64,000 nucleotides of DNA from Eledone cirrhosa (GCA_964016885.1 OZ024746.1:83266001-83330000), one strand, 5' to 3'; shown: positions 1 through 13,516, counted from the first letter of the stretch. Numbers and translations are program-made. The notes: a model not told the origin generated them from the sequence alone.

Positions 1-669
1 TGACTTTATTGTTTTGTCACATCCCTTTGTGTACATGTTATGACTTTATTGTTTTGTCACATCCCTTTGTGTACATGTTATGACTTTATTGTTTTGTCAC
101 ATCCCTTTGTGTACATGTTATGACTTTATTGTTTTGTCACATCCCTTTGTGTACATGTTATGACTTTATTGTTTTGTCACATCCCTTTGTGTACATGTTA
201 TGACTTTATTGTTTTGTCACATCCCTTTGTGTACATGTTATGACTTTATTGTTTTGTCACATCCCTTTGTGTACATGTTATGACTTTATTGTTTTGTCAC
301 ATCCCTTTGTGTACATGTTATGACTTTATTGTTTTGTCACATCCCTTTGTGTACATGTTATGACTTTATTGTTTTGTCACATCCCTTTGTGTACATGTTA
401 TGACTTTATTGTTTTGTCACATCCCTTTGTGTACATGTTATGACTTTATTGTTTTGTCACATCCCTTTGTGTACATGTTATGACTTTATTGTTTTGTCAC
501 ATCCCTTTGTGTACATGTTATGACTTTATTGTTTTGTCACATCCCTTTGTGTACATGTTATGACTTTATTGTTTTGTCACATCCCTTTGTGTACATGTTA
601 TGACTTTATTGTTTTGTCACAGCCCTTTGTGTACATGTTATGACTTTATTGTTTTGTCACAGCCCTTTG
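1..669. repeat. 40-bp minisatellite, ~16.7 near-identical copies, runs off the left edge
   Basis: Unit TGACTTTATTGTTTTGTCACATCCCTTTGTGTACATGTTA repeats exactly. The last two copies carry a T>G change (AGCCC at 621 and 661). Confidence 0.98.
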
Positions 670-995
670 GCCAGATGGTGTGACCCCTGGTGGACCAGCA
701 GTACCATCGGTAGGGGTTGAAACTACCAGAAGTTCATATATTCATGGTTTCCCCTTCAAAAAAATGTTATATATATATATATAGCTTAGAGTTTACACTC
801 AATGGGGTCCTTTACAATCATTTCGTCTCTAAGAATCGCTTCTGAGCAGAATAAATTAATATTTGATGAACATTTACATGTTTTAGTTGCAATTGACTAA
901 TAAAATCGCTAGAATGAAATATCTTAATTCCACAACATAAAGTTTGCCTGTACGATCTAAAAAATAATAAATCAATACTCACAGACTCATATGGG

Positions 996-1162
<167 letters not shown>

Positions 1163-1192
1163 AAAATTGCGAGCTGTGTGGTTGCAATTAAG

Positions 1193-1338
1193 TATAATGA
1201 AAATAAAAGTTACGGGCGAAAGAGGTCTATATCCAACGTCAGTTGTCTGCTAGGAATCATCGCGAAGAAATACCTATGATTCCTAGCAGACAACTGACGA
1301 TGGATATTGCCCTCTTTCGCCCGTAACTTTATTTTCAT

Positions 1339-1342
<4 letters not shown>
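1193..1342. mobile_element. Short fold-back element (~68-bp arms, 15-nt loop) ending in a (TA)n tract
   Basis: 1193-1260 is the reverse complement of 1276-1342 with ~3 mismatches and one indel. The right arm contains CTGACGA, a possible decayed hammerhead core. Confidence 0.7.
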
Positions 1343-1382
<40 letters not shown>

Positions 1383-1421
1383 TAAAATTTGGGGGAATCC
1401 ACCCATTATATTTATATATAT

Positions 1422-4300
1422 ATAATTCCATCCGAATAAAACAGTTCAGGTCATTTCTATATATAAATAAGATGCCTATACACTACTAACATATTGAGTA
1501 CCTTTTTTTACTGTGGTCACTTCCTGATAAACACTGGGAATCCACCCATTATATATATATATATATATATGTGGCTGGAAGGATGGCTAGTTTGCTGGTT
1601 GGCTAAATAGGATCGTTGGATTGCTGGTTTAATGGCTGGATGGCTAGTTTGCTGGTTGGCTAAATAGGATGGTTGGATTGCTGGTTTAATGGCTGGATGG
1701 CTAGTTTGCTGGTTGGCTAAATAGGATGGGTGGATTGCTGGTTTAATGGCTGGCTGGCTAGTTTGCTGGTTGGCTAAATAGGATGGGTGGATTGCTGGTT
1801 TAATGGCTGGATGGCTAGTTTGCTGGTTGGCTAAATAGGATGGTTGGATTGCTGGTTTAATGGCTGGATGGCTAGTTTGCTGGTTGGCTAAATAGGGTGG
1901 TTGGATTGCTGGTTTAATGGCTGGATGGCTAGTTTACTGGTTAGCTAAATAGGATCGTTGGATTGCTGGTTTAATGGCTGGATGGCTAGTTTACTGGTTG
2001 GCTAAATAGGATGGTTGGATTGCTGGTTTAATGGCTGGATGGCTAGTTTGCTGGTTGGCTAAATAGGATGGTTGGATTGCTGGTTTAATGGCTGGATGGC
2101 TAGTTTACTGGTTGGCTAAATAGGATGGTTGGATTGCTGGTTTAATGGCTGGATGGCTAGTTTGCTGGTTGGCTAAATAGGATGGTTGGATTGCTGGTTT
2201 AATGGCTGGATGGCTAGTTTGCTGGTTGGCTAAATAGGATGGTTGGATTGCTGGTTTAATGGCTGGATGGCTAGTTTGCTGGTTGGCTAAATAGGATGGT
2301 TGGATTGCTGGTTTAATGGCTGGATGGCTAGTTTACTGGTTGGCTAAATAGGATGGTTGGATTGCTGGTTTAATGGCTGGATGGCTAGTTTACTGGTTGG
2401 CTAAATAGGATCGTTGGATTGCTGGTTTAATGGCTGGATGGCTAGTTTGCTGGTTGGCTAAATAGGATGGTTGCATTGCTGGTTTAATGGCTGGATGGCT
2501 AGTTTACTGGTTGGCTAAATAGGATCGTTGGATTGCTGGTTTAATGGCTGGATGGCTAGTTTGCTGGTTGGCTAAATAGGATGGTTGGATTGCTGGTTTA
2601 ATGGCTGGATGGCTAGTTTGCTGGTTGGCTAAATAGGATGGTTGGATTGCTGGTTTAATGGCTGGATGGCTAGTTTACTGGTTGGCTAAATAGGATGGTT
2701 GGATTGCTGGTTTAATGGCTGGATGGCTAGTTTACTGGTTGGCTAAATAGGATCGTTGGATTGCTGGTTTAATGGCTGGATGGCTAGTTTGCTGGTTGGC
2801 TAAATAGGATGGTTGGATTGCTGGTTTAATGGCTGGATGGCTAGTTTGCTGGTTGGCTAAATAGGATGGTTGGATTGCTGGTTTAATGGCTGGATGGCTA
2901 GTTTGCTGGTTGGCTAAATAGGATCGTTGGATTGCTGGTTTAATGGCTGGATGGCTAGTTTACTGGTTGGCTAAATAGGATCGTTGGATTGCTGGTTTAA
3001 TGGCTGGATGGCTAGTTTGCTGGTTGGCTAAATAGGATGGTTGGATTGCTGGTTTAATGGCTGGATGGCTAGTTTGCTGGTTGGCTAAATAGGATGGTTG
3101 GATTGCTGGTTTAATGGCTGGATGGCTAGTTTACTGGTTAGCTAAATAGGATCGTTGGATTGCTGGTTTAATGGCTGGATGGCTAGTTTGCTGGTTGGCT
3201 AAATAGGATGGTTGGATTGCTGGTTTAATGGCTGGATGGCTAGTTTGCTGGTTGGCTAAATAGGATCGTTGGATTGCTGGTTTAATGGCTGGATGGCTAG
3301 TTTGCTGGTTGGCTAAATAGGATAGTTGGATTGCTGGTTTAATGGCTGGATGGCTAGTTTACTGGTTAGCTAAATAGGATCGTTGGATTGCTGGTTTAAT
3401 GGCTGGATGGCTAGTTTGCTGGTTGGCTAAATAGGATGGTTGGATTGCTGGTTTAATGGCTGGATGGCTAGTTTGCTGGTTGGCTAAATAGGATGGTTGG
3501 ATTGCTGGTTTAATGGCTGGATGGCTAGTTTGCTGGTTGGCTAAATAGGATGGTTGGATTGCTGGTTTAATGGCTGGATGGTTAGTTTACTGGTTGGCTA
3601 AATAGGATGGTTGGATTGCTGGTTTAATGGCTGGATGGCTAGTTTGCTGGTTGGCTAAATAGGATGGTTGGATTGCTGGTTTAATGGCTGGATGGCTAGT
3701 TTGCTGGTTGGCTAAATAGGATGGTTGGATTGCTGGTTTAATGGCTGGATGGCTAGTTTGCTGGTTGGCTAAATAGGATGGTTGGATTGCTGGTTTAATG
3801 GCTGGATGGCTAGTTTACTGGTTGGCTAAATAGGATGGTTGGATTGCTGGTTTAATGGCTGGATGGCTAGTTTGCTGGTTGGCTAAATAGGATGGTTGGA
3901 TTGCTGGTTTAATGGCTGGATGGCTAGTTTGCTGGTTGGCTAAATAGGATGGCTGGATTGCTGGTTTAATGGCTGGCTGTCTGGTTGGAAGGATGGCTAA
4001 TTTGATGTCTGGCTAAATTTGAATGATGTCTTGATAGAAGCTGGCTTGATAGATAGATACATGAATGGTTAGTTGGTTAGCTGGCTGACTGGTTGGGTAG
4101 CCATTTTGATTGCTTCCTGGCTGAGTGGATGGTTGATTGGTTGGCTTATATATATATATATATATATATAAAATGGGTAGATTCCCAGTGTTTATCAGGA
4201 AGTGACCACAGTAAAAAAAGGTACTCAATATGTTAGTAGTGTATAGGCATCTTATTTATATTTAGAAATGACTTGAACTGTTTTATTCGGATGGAATTAT
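1422..4300. repeat. ~128-bp inverted repeats (1422-1549 / 4172-4300) enclosing a minisatellite
   Basis: ATAATTCCATCCGAATAAAACAG...GGGAATCCACCCATT versus AATGGGTAGATTCCC...CTGTTTTATTCGGATGGAATTAT, with few mismatches. Confidence 0.9.
1581..3974. repeat. 57-bp minisatellite, 42 copies, derived from GGAT/GGTT/GGCT tetramers
   Basis: Unit GGATGGCTAGTTTGCTGGTTGGCTAAATAGGATGGTTGGATTGCTGGTTTAATGGCT. Phase is kept from 1581 to 3974, with variant sites TTTG/TTTA and GATGG/GATCG. A degenerate tail runs to ~4146. Confidence 0.97.
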
Positions 4301-4371
4301 CAGGATGATGATTTCATACCAATATATAGTCTTTTGATATTTACTTCTGAGGGTGCAAATTGACAGTTGTT

Positions 4372-4492
4372 AGAACGTTGGTTAGAACGCTTTGAAGAAT
4401 TCGTTCCGGCTCTCTGCGCTGTGAGTTCAAATTTGCCTGCTTATCATTTCAAAGATGATAGATAAAGTATCTGTCTAGTACTGGGATAGATT
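4372..4492 (+). mobile_element. Degenerate tRNA-derived SINE fragment
   Basis: GAGTTCAAAT B-box remnant and GATAAAGTA..CTAGTACTGGG, resembling the copies at 27046 and 31294. Confidence 0.55.
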
Positions 4493-4518
4493 CTTCCTTT
4501 ATATCTCTTTCTCACTTC

Positions 4519-4606
<88 letters not shown>

Positions 4607-4680
4607 CTTTCCTTCTCTTTCTCCCCCCCCCCTCTCTCTCTATCTATCTATCTCTTTCCTTCACTTTCTCCCCCCCCCTC

Positions 4681-4759
<79 letters not shown>

Positions 4760-4792
4760 CTTTCTCTCTTTCCTTCTCTCTCTCTCTCTCTC
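4519..4792. repeat. (CT)n/(CTAT)n compound microsatellite
   Basis: Direct reading. Confidence 0.95.
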
Positions 4793-5021
4793 CTATGGAG
4801 GAAACTGGTCGTATTCAGAGCTGGAGAAAGATGAGTTGCACCAGTATTGTATTGCTTAAGAAAACTTCCACGCGTCTCCATCAGCCGTTACGGGTCCATA
4901 CAAACATATATAGGGTGTTTAAAAAAAAAAAATTTAAGCCATTTGAGATGTAAATATCCCAGAAACTACAAAATCCAGGACAACGACACCAATAGTCAAC
5001 ACTCACACGCATACATTTACA

Positions 5022-5133
5022 TGATGGGCTTCCATATAGTTTTCATCTACCAAATTTCGCTCGCAAGTCACTAATTAATCCAAAGGCACGTAGTTTTGTG
5101 AAGCGAACTCCTTAACCGCAGACCATATCTGCG
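5022..5133 (-). mobile_element. Degenerate, internally deleted SINE-like fragment
   Basis: ATGGGCTTCCATATAGTTTTCATCTACCAAATT...CCTTAACCGCAGACCAT resembles, from memory, the reverse strand of a common octopus SINE. Confidence 0.4.
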
Positions 5134-5143
5134 TACGTGTTAC

Positions 5144-5986
<843 letters not shown>

Positions 5987-6130
5987 AAATTGCAATTAAC
6001 GTTTGGAATGTTGTTGTTTGGGGGGGGGGGGGGGGCTTCTTATTTTTCTTTTTCTATTCTTTCTATTTTGCTATTTAGAAATCTCTCCGATTTCAAAACT
6101 TTCATGCATAATAAATTTAGTTTTTGATAA

Positions 6131-6510
6131 CATATCAAAATGGCGCATTTATTTTCTATAATGTGTGTGTGAAGATGTGTAGCATAATAGTAGGTGGAGC
6201 TTATGACATATTCCGTAATGGGCGGAGCTTTTAGGTTATTTCTGATCAGTAGTGGAAGTTATGATTTATTTTTGGTGGGCGGAGCTTGTGAGTTATTTCT
6301 AACCGTAAGCAAAATAGATTCATATCAAAATGGCGTATGTATTATAAAGAGTGTGTGAAGGTGGGTAGGATAAAAGTAGGTGGAGCTTATGATGCATTCT
6401 GTAATGGGCGGAACTTTTGAGTTATTATACCTGATCGGTCGTAGAAGATATGATTTATTCCCAGTGAGCGGTGGTTATGAGTTGTTTATTGAGGGTGGCC
6501 AGCTGAATGT
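6131..6510 (+). repeat. Diverged 190-bp tandem duplication with GC-box and YY1-like motifs
   Basis: CATATCAAAATGGCG at 6131 and 6321. Repeated GGGCGGAGCTT/GGTGGAGCTT sub-units. Confidence 0.75.
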
Positions 6511-6629
6511 TCTTATCTTGACCGAGTGGAGATATGAAGTTAGTTATTATTCATAATAAGGGAGGTGTTAAAAGTTATTCCCACTTGAATTATCTACGAG
6601 TTATTGCTTTTAGCGATTGGTGATCGTGC

Positions 6630-6885
6630 TGGCAGTGGTGTCGCTGTCGTCGTCGTCGTCGTCGTCGTTGGATGTGGTAGTAGAGGGGGCTGGGTGATGG
6701 TGAGGTGATGATTGGTGCAGGTCGTTATACTCGGCAACGGCAACGGCGATGGCGGAGGCGTGGGTGTTGTGTCGGTGGTGGAGGCGGCGGCGGAGGAGGA
6801 GGATGAGGTGGTGGTGGTGGTGGTGGTGGTGGCGGCGGCGGCGGCGGCGGGAGTGTCGGCGGCGGTGGATGTGATGGTGGAGGGG

Positions 6886-6926
<41 letters not shown>

Positions 6927-7060
6927 CAGCGGGAGGGGGGGGGTTGTGTCGGCGGTAGAGGTGGCGGTGACGGCAAATGCGGAGGTGGTGGCGGCGGCGG
7001 CGGCGGCGGCGGTGGTGGTGGGAGTGACGTTGGCGGCGGCGAGGATTACGATGGTGGCGG
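6630..7060. repeat. Low-complexity trinucleotide mosaic (GTC, GGT, GGC, GAT)n
   Basis: Direct reading. Confidence 0.9.
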
Positions 7061-7394
7061 GAATGGAAAGTTGGGGATTCCTGGTGAAGATAAGATTTCG
7101 TTAATAATGGTCGCAATATTGAAGAAATATTGTCCAAGTTTCTCTTGTTTTTGTTTTTTGTTGTTGTTTTGTTGTTGCTGGTTTTTTTACTTAATAACTT
7201 ATATTGTTATTGTTGCTTTTGCTTAGCACCAATTCTTTCTTGATGGAGCATATCTATGAGCAAAGGTATTCCAGCCGTGCCCGTCCCAATATTTTTTCAG
7301 TCATAGGGTACTTTGAACAACACTATCTAGCCTGTCCTTTTTTAATAACGGTTTATAAAGGTATGTCGTAATTTGTGGTAGATTTTTTAAAAAT

Positions 7395-7670
7395 TTTCTC
7401 ACCCCAGGCTAAGGCAATAAAACCACTAAAATGCAATGGTTTACTGAGAAAGGAAAAGGACACGACAGAGAGAACATAATTCATGGGAAAAGAAGATGAC
7501 GATTGATGTTGCTTTTGAAAGTTTTGCAAGTTGTAGTGGTCAGGAGAGCAAGAGGCGGGAAGAGAAATCCATAGGTGAGATGTGAAGGGTAGGAAACTTT
7601 AGGAATTTCAAATGTAAATGGATGTGACATAACCGCCAACCTGCTCCATTTAAACTCGTGAAGGTACAAC
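7395..7670 (-). pseudogene. 3' end relic of a CR1/Jockey-group LINE ORF2
   Basis: Frameshifted translation SHPFTFEIPK...SLPASCSPDHYNLQ/TFKSNINRHL resembles the C-terminus of these RT proteins (recalled similarity). Confidence 0.5.
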
Positions 7671-8033
7671 GTTATGTAGAGAGCCCCCCTCTTTCATTCG
7701 AATATATTATTATAGATTAAGTTTCCGTCAACCCAATTTAAATCACAAACCTCAGTCGATCTAAACATTTGTCACCAACAAAAAAGAAGGCGAAAACAAT
7801 CTACATTAAACCCACTCGAACTGATATATATTTTTTAAAAACTTCTACTCGCTTAACGACTAAAAGAAAAACCGAGTAAATCAAAACTTCGTAATTATCT
7901 ATTAACCGAAATCCAAGATCTATTAACCGAAATCAATAACTCACTTAACGATCAAATAAATTTGAACAAACTCGAAATCGAATCACAACCAAACTAGCCC
8001 CCCTTTAAAACAAGACTTAACCATCAACTTAAC

Positions 8034-8075
<42 letters not shown>

Positions 8076-8173
8076 AATCAGGAAAGAAGAGTGACACGGT
8101 TTGCTATACTACTCGGAGTTCCATAACTGGACTACACCTAAGTGGACTACCTATAACAATAATTTGTTACCCC

Positions 8174-8261
<88 letters not shown>

Positions 8262-8914
8262 GAAAATAGAGAAATTAATGTGAGCAAGAAGCCAACAGTA
8301 TTTCATAATATATAAGTGACTATAACGTCAAAATGGAAAATAATTAACGTAAGATATGGGAAAATAATTCAAACTCAATTAAAAAAAAATCAAGACATAT
8401 ATATATATATACATGGTGGCTGCCAACTCGTTTTCGAGTACGGCCACTACTTTATATCCATGTAGGAGAACCCCTACCGATGCGCTAAACGAATGTGACT
8501 TTTTAGTCCAGCCAGCGACTTGAAAACTCTGGTACAAACACTACACTTGTGACAATTATTGACACATAGTGCTGGGCCCATGGTACCATGTGACGACATG
8601 TGCAGAGAGATCTCCAGATATAAAGCAATGCCTGTGCCGTGAAGCTTTTATAGTGAGCAAAGGAACTGCACAAAGCCAGTCCCACTCTCTTAACCAAGAT
8701 GATATTTACCAAAAAGAAGAACAAGTCAACATCATTGGATACCATCAGGGCTGCAGGTGTTATATCAGAGTTTTCCTTCTCCTAGAATTCTGCCTTGACA
8801 AAGGCTAAGGGGTCATCTCTCCCTATATATATAACAAAGAAGTTGTGGTAAGATACCAGGCGGAAATACGTCGAAACGGCCGGAGCTCAGCCGCCGGGAT
8901 CCTGACTATTTTCC

Positions 8915-8957
<43 letters not shown>

Positions 8958-9023
8958 TAAAATAACAGATTAAAGTTTAAGCAAAGAATCGCTTTGGATT
9001 TTAGTCTTGAAATTTATTATTAT

Positions 9024-9423
<400 letters not shown>

Positions 9424-9509
9424 GAGGTGAGTAATGTTGTAGAACAATAAAACTATGCATATATCAGATAAGTAGCACTCAACAGTTGGTAGAACTTGAA
9501 TATATATAT

Positions 9510-9718
9510 AAAGAAGAAATTAAAAAATGGTTAAAAAAGTTCCGTATATTTTATTATGCACATTTCGAAAACAACATCATCCTGGGACAAAAATTGGTTT
9601 CTTATCATGTTAGCTTATTTTATCTGATGAGAACACAATTTGTGTCCCAGGATGATGTTCTTTTCGAAATGTGCATAATAAAATATACGGAACTTTTTTA
9701 ACCATCTTTTAATTTCTT

Positions 9719-9722
<4 letters not shown>
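9510..9722. mobile_element. Fold-back element (~98-bp arms) between (TA)n tracts, carrying a hammerhead motif
   Basis: 9510-9607 is the reverse complement of 9625-9722 with a few mismatches. Confidence 0.85.
9616..9685 (+). ncRNA. Type I hammerhead ribozyme motif
   Basis: TATTTTAT-CTGATGA-G..stem II..C-GAAA-TGTGCA-TA-ATAAAATA. Perfect 8-bp stem I, intact core, short near-palindromic stem III, predicted cut after 9677. Confidence 0.75.
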
Positions 9723-9799
<77 letters not shown>

Positions 9800-10174
9800 T
9801 ATACATGTACACTTACATATACATACATATATATATAGATAATAGATAGATAGATTAAATAGCTAGATATACACACGCGCGCGCGCGCGTGTGTGTGTAT
9901 AAATTGTCTTTCTAAAACAATTTTTGTTTCATTAAATTTTTTATTAAAATTAGGGCGATGGCTATTATCCATAATATATAATTATGAGTTTAGTGATTTT
10001 TATAAAACTGTATAATGGCTCCACGATATAAGTTTGGAAACCACAGCTCTCCCAGAAGACTATATATACCACATATTGGCTAACCTTAAATAAATATCTA
10101 CTCGTAGATATTATACATACGTACATATATATTCTACACGAAGACTTACTCATGGATGTTCTAAATACAGATTA

Positions 10175-11170
10175 ACTAAGATACACTACATGTAGACTTA
10201 CCATAGACACACTACATGTTCACTAATCCTAGATATGCCACATGTAGGCTTACAATAGACACACTACATGTTCATTAATTCTAGATATGCCACATGTAGA
10301 CTTACAATAGACACACATGTTCACTAATTCTAGATGTCACATGTAAATTTACAAAACATACGCTACATGTTCACTAATCCTAGATATGCCACATGTAGAC
10401 TTACAATAGACAACTACATGTTCACTAATTCTAGATGTCACATGCAGACTTACAAAACATACGCTACATGTTCACTAATCCTAGATATGTCACATATAGA
10501 CTTACAATAGACACACTACATGTTCACTAATCCTAGATATGCCACATGTAGGCTTACAATAGACACACTAGATGTTCATTAATTCTAGATATGCCACATG
10601 TAGACTTACAATAGACACACATGTTCACTAATTCTAGATGTCACATGTAAATTTACAAAACATACGCTACATGTTCACTAATCCTAGATATGCCACATGT
10701 AGACTTACAATAGACAACTACATCTTCACTAATTCTAGATGTCACATGCAGACTTACAAAACATACGCTACATGTTCACTAATCCTAGATATGTCACATA
10801 TAGACTTACAATAGACACACTACATGTTCACTAATCCTAGATATGCCACATGTAGGCTTACAATAGACACACTACATGTTCATTAATTCTAGATATGCCA
10901 CATGTAGACTTACAATAGACACACTACATGTTCACTAATTCTAGATGTCACATGTAGATTTACAAAACATACGCTACATGTTCACTAATCCTAGATATGC
11001 CACATGTAGACTTACAATAGACAACTACATGTTCACTAATTCTAGATGTCACATGTAGACTTACAAAACATACGCTACATGTTCACTAATCCTAGATATG
11101 CCACATTTAGACTTACAATAGACACACTACATGTTCACTAATCCTAGATATGTCACATGTAGACTTACAA
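10175..11170. repeat. ~52-bp minisatellite (two ~26-bp halves) with a 304-bp higher-order repeat
   Basis: Unit CACACTACATGTTCACTAATCCTAGATATGCCACATGTAGACTTACAATAGA. Marker GGCT recurs at 10247, 10551, 10855 and AAATTT at 10345, 10649. Confidence 0.95.
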
Positions 11171-11217
11171 AAAATGCACAAAATGAAGATTTACCCCTAA
11201 ATAAATGATATATACTC

Positions 11218-12363
11218 TTACCACAGATAAACTACACGAATACTTACACCTAGTTATACTACATGTAGGACTACTCCTGTACATACATGTAGACTAATCC
11301 TACATATATTACATGTGGATTAAACCTAGAATCAGTACAAGAAGAAGTAGCTCGTTCCAGTCAACCAGGGATAACTTCAAGTTGAGCAACAAAAACAAGA
11401 ATACAAACAAACGCAACATAATCTAACATCTGAAATAACATAACATAACATATATATGTACCACAATCGATTGGGTCGTAGAGATATCAGTGAAGACTTT
11501 GTCTATCTGTAGTATATTTTGGGTAGCTTTACATAAAGTGTAACGATAGTTAGTCTATGTATAGCATACCAGAGGTAAGTCTAGTCTATATGTGATATAT
11601 CTTGGGTAGCTTTATATATAGAGTATCAGTTGTTAGTCTACGAATGGTATATCTGAACTAAGTCTATTCTATATGTGATATATCTTGGGTAGCTTTATAT
11701 ACAGAGTATCAGTTGTTAGTCTACGAATGGTATATCTGAACTAAGTCTATTCTATATGTGATATATCTTGGGTAGCTTTATATACAGAGTATCAGTTGTT
11801 AGTCTACGAATGGTATATCTGAACTAAGTCTATTCTATATGTGATATATCTTGGGTAGCTTTATATACAGAGTATCAGCTGTTAGGGTTAGGGTTAGGTA
11901 TATCTGAGTTAAGTATAATCTGTATGTGATATATCTTGGGTAGCTTTATATATAGAGTATCAGTGGTTAGTATACGTGTGGTATATCTGAGCTAAGTCTA
12001 GTCTATATGTGATATATCTTGGGTAGCTTTATATACAGAGTATCAGTTGTTAGTCTACGTATGGTATATCTGAACTAAGTCTAGTCTCTATATGATATAT
12101 CTTGGGTAGCTTTACAGAAACAGTATCAGTGTTTAGTCTACATATGGTATATCTAAGCTAAGTTTTATCTAGTATCAATGACTACTCTGAGTAGTCATTC
12201 TAGTCTACATGTAGTGTATTTTGAACAAGAGAACATGGAATTTATCTGGAGCAAGTCATCTTGTACTGATTCTAGGTTTAATCGACATGTTGGATTAGTC
12301 TATATGTATGTACAGGAGTAATCCTACATGTAGTATAACTAGGTGTAAGTTTATCTATGGTAA
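11218..12363. repeat. ~120-140-bp inverted repeats (11218-11360 / 12245-12363) enclosing an 83-bp minisatellite
   Basis: CTTACACCTAGTTATACTACATGTAGGA...AAACCTAGAATCAGTACAAG versus CTTGTACTGATTCTAGGTTT...TCCTACATGTAGTATAACTAGGTGTAAG. Confidence 0.88.
11500..12165. repeat. 83-bp minisatellite, ~8 copies
   Basis: CGAATGG marker at 11641, 11724, 11807. One copy is interrupted by TTAGGG repeats. Confidence 0.92.
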
Positions 12364-12958
12364 ATGAGACCAAGAAATTTGTTGTTTTTGCGTAATAGTA
12401 CCAAACGTAGACTTCACAACGATGATTTTTCTGGTTTTCGTTCAATTCGTGGAGCACACATTTTTCAAGCTTCTTCGACTTTAAAATTTAGTGCAAATGT
12501 TCAGAAATTGTTCCAACGCTTACACCTGGCTTTCATGCAAGCTCTCGAATAGTTGTACGAGAATTCGCTTCCATCAAAGCTTTCAATTCATCGTCGTCAA
12601 TGGCAGAAGTACGCCTGCAAACGTTCTTTATCTTCAAGAAGGAATTCACCACAAAGGAAATTTTGAAACCAACATTGCACAGTGCATTAATTAACACGTC
12701 TTTGACCCCAAATTTCATTGATGTTTTTGGCCGTCTGTGCTGTACTGCAGGTGAATTTAAGCTCATAAAGATATATTTGACGAAAATCCTGTTTTGACAC
12801 TTCAAAGTTCGGAGAATTGAGAAAAATGCAATACGTATCAAAACTAAATTACATAGAAAGAAGCAGCATAAAATAACCTTTAAAATGATTCAAATCTTTA
12901 AAACATGTGGAAATAAATAAAATCACAAAACCTGCATTAATTTCTGAACAAAATAATA
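12364..12958 (-). mobile_element. mariner transposon relic (5' TIR plus N-terminal half of transposase)
   Basis: Broken translation SKQDFRQIYLYELK...SAIDDDELKALMEANSRTTIRELA*KPGVSVGTISEHLH*ILKSKKLEKCVLHELNENQK matches the mariner HTH and WVPHEL region. TIR-like TATTATTTTGTTCAGAAATTAATGCAGGTTTT at ~12928-12958. Confidence 0.9.
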
Positions 12959-13131
12959 TTTTTATAAGATATTTTATGCCTTTATACTTTTAATATGTTT
13001 ATGTATGTGTGTAATTATTTTGTGGATGTGGCCGTGTGTGTGTGTGTGTGGTGTATGTGTAACTAGTATCTATGTGAGTTTTGTTTGTGTGGCTGTGTGT
13101 ATATATATATTATATATATATATATATATAT

Positions 13132-13332
13132 ATGGACCTGTTATTTTTATCTAAAGACATTCTTTCCAATTCCATCCCTCCCGTCCCCTCAATCTATTTT
13201 ATTTCTCATTCTTTCTTCTGATGAAGGACTAGCGTCCGAAACGTTAAGACCCTCTTCCTGCTATATCAAGCGTTAACCTAATATATACTTCCATATATTG
13301 GACCGATTGTGTTGTTATTTATGTTTACCTTT
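13132..13332 (+). mobile_element. ~200-bp Penelope pLTR-like element in (TA)n, with its 3' part inverted at 13557-13623
   Basis: Contains a minimal hammerhead motif. A second copy lies at 21460-21662. Confidence 0.7.
13214..13249 (+). ncRNA. Minimal type I hammerhead ribozyme motif
   Basis: TCTT-CTGATGA-A-GGAC-TAGC-GTCC-GAAA-CG-TT-AAGA. 4-bp stem I, 4-bp stem II, extra A after the core, palindromic ACGT in place of stem III. Confidence 0.75.
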
Positions 13333-13414
13333 TACACACACACATATATATATACATATATATATATACATATATATATACATACATATATATATATATA
13401 TATACATATATATA

Positions 13415-13516
<102 letters not shown>

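Noticed and set aside
6610-7226. His/Arg/Pro/Gly-rich ORFs
   Set aside because: Trinucleotide mosaic that is open on both strands, with no domain or splice evidence.
8503-8825. Short ORFs and a repeat-like end (GAGTTTTCCTTCTCCTAG)
   Set aside because: No recognisable protein. The resemblance to an RTE-associated repeat rests on memory only.
8832-8917. GGCG-loop-CGTC-GAAA-CGGCCG, resembling a hammerhead 3' half
   Set aside because: No CUGANGA upstream and no UH site.
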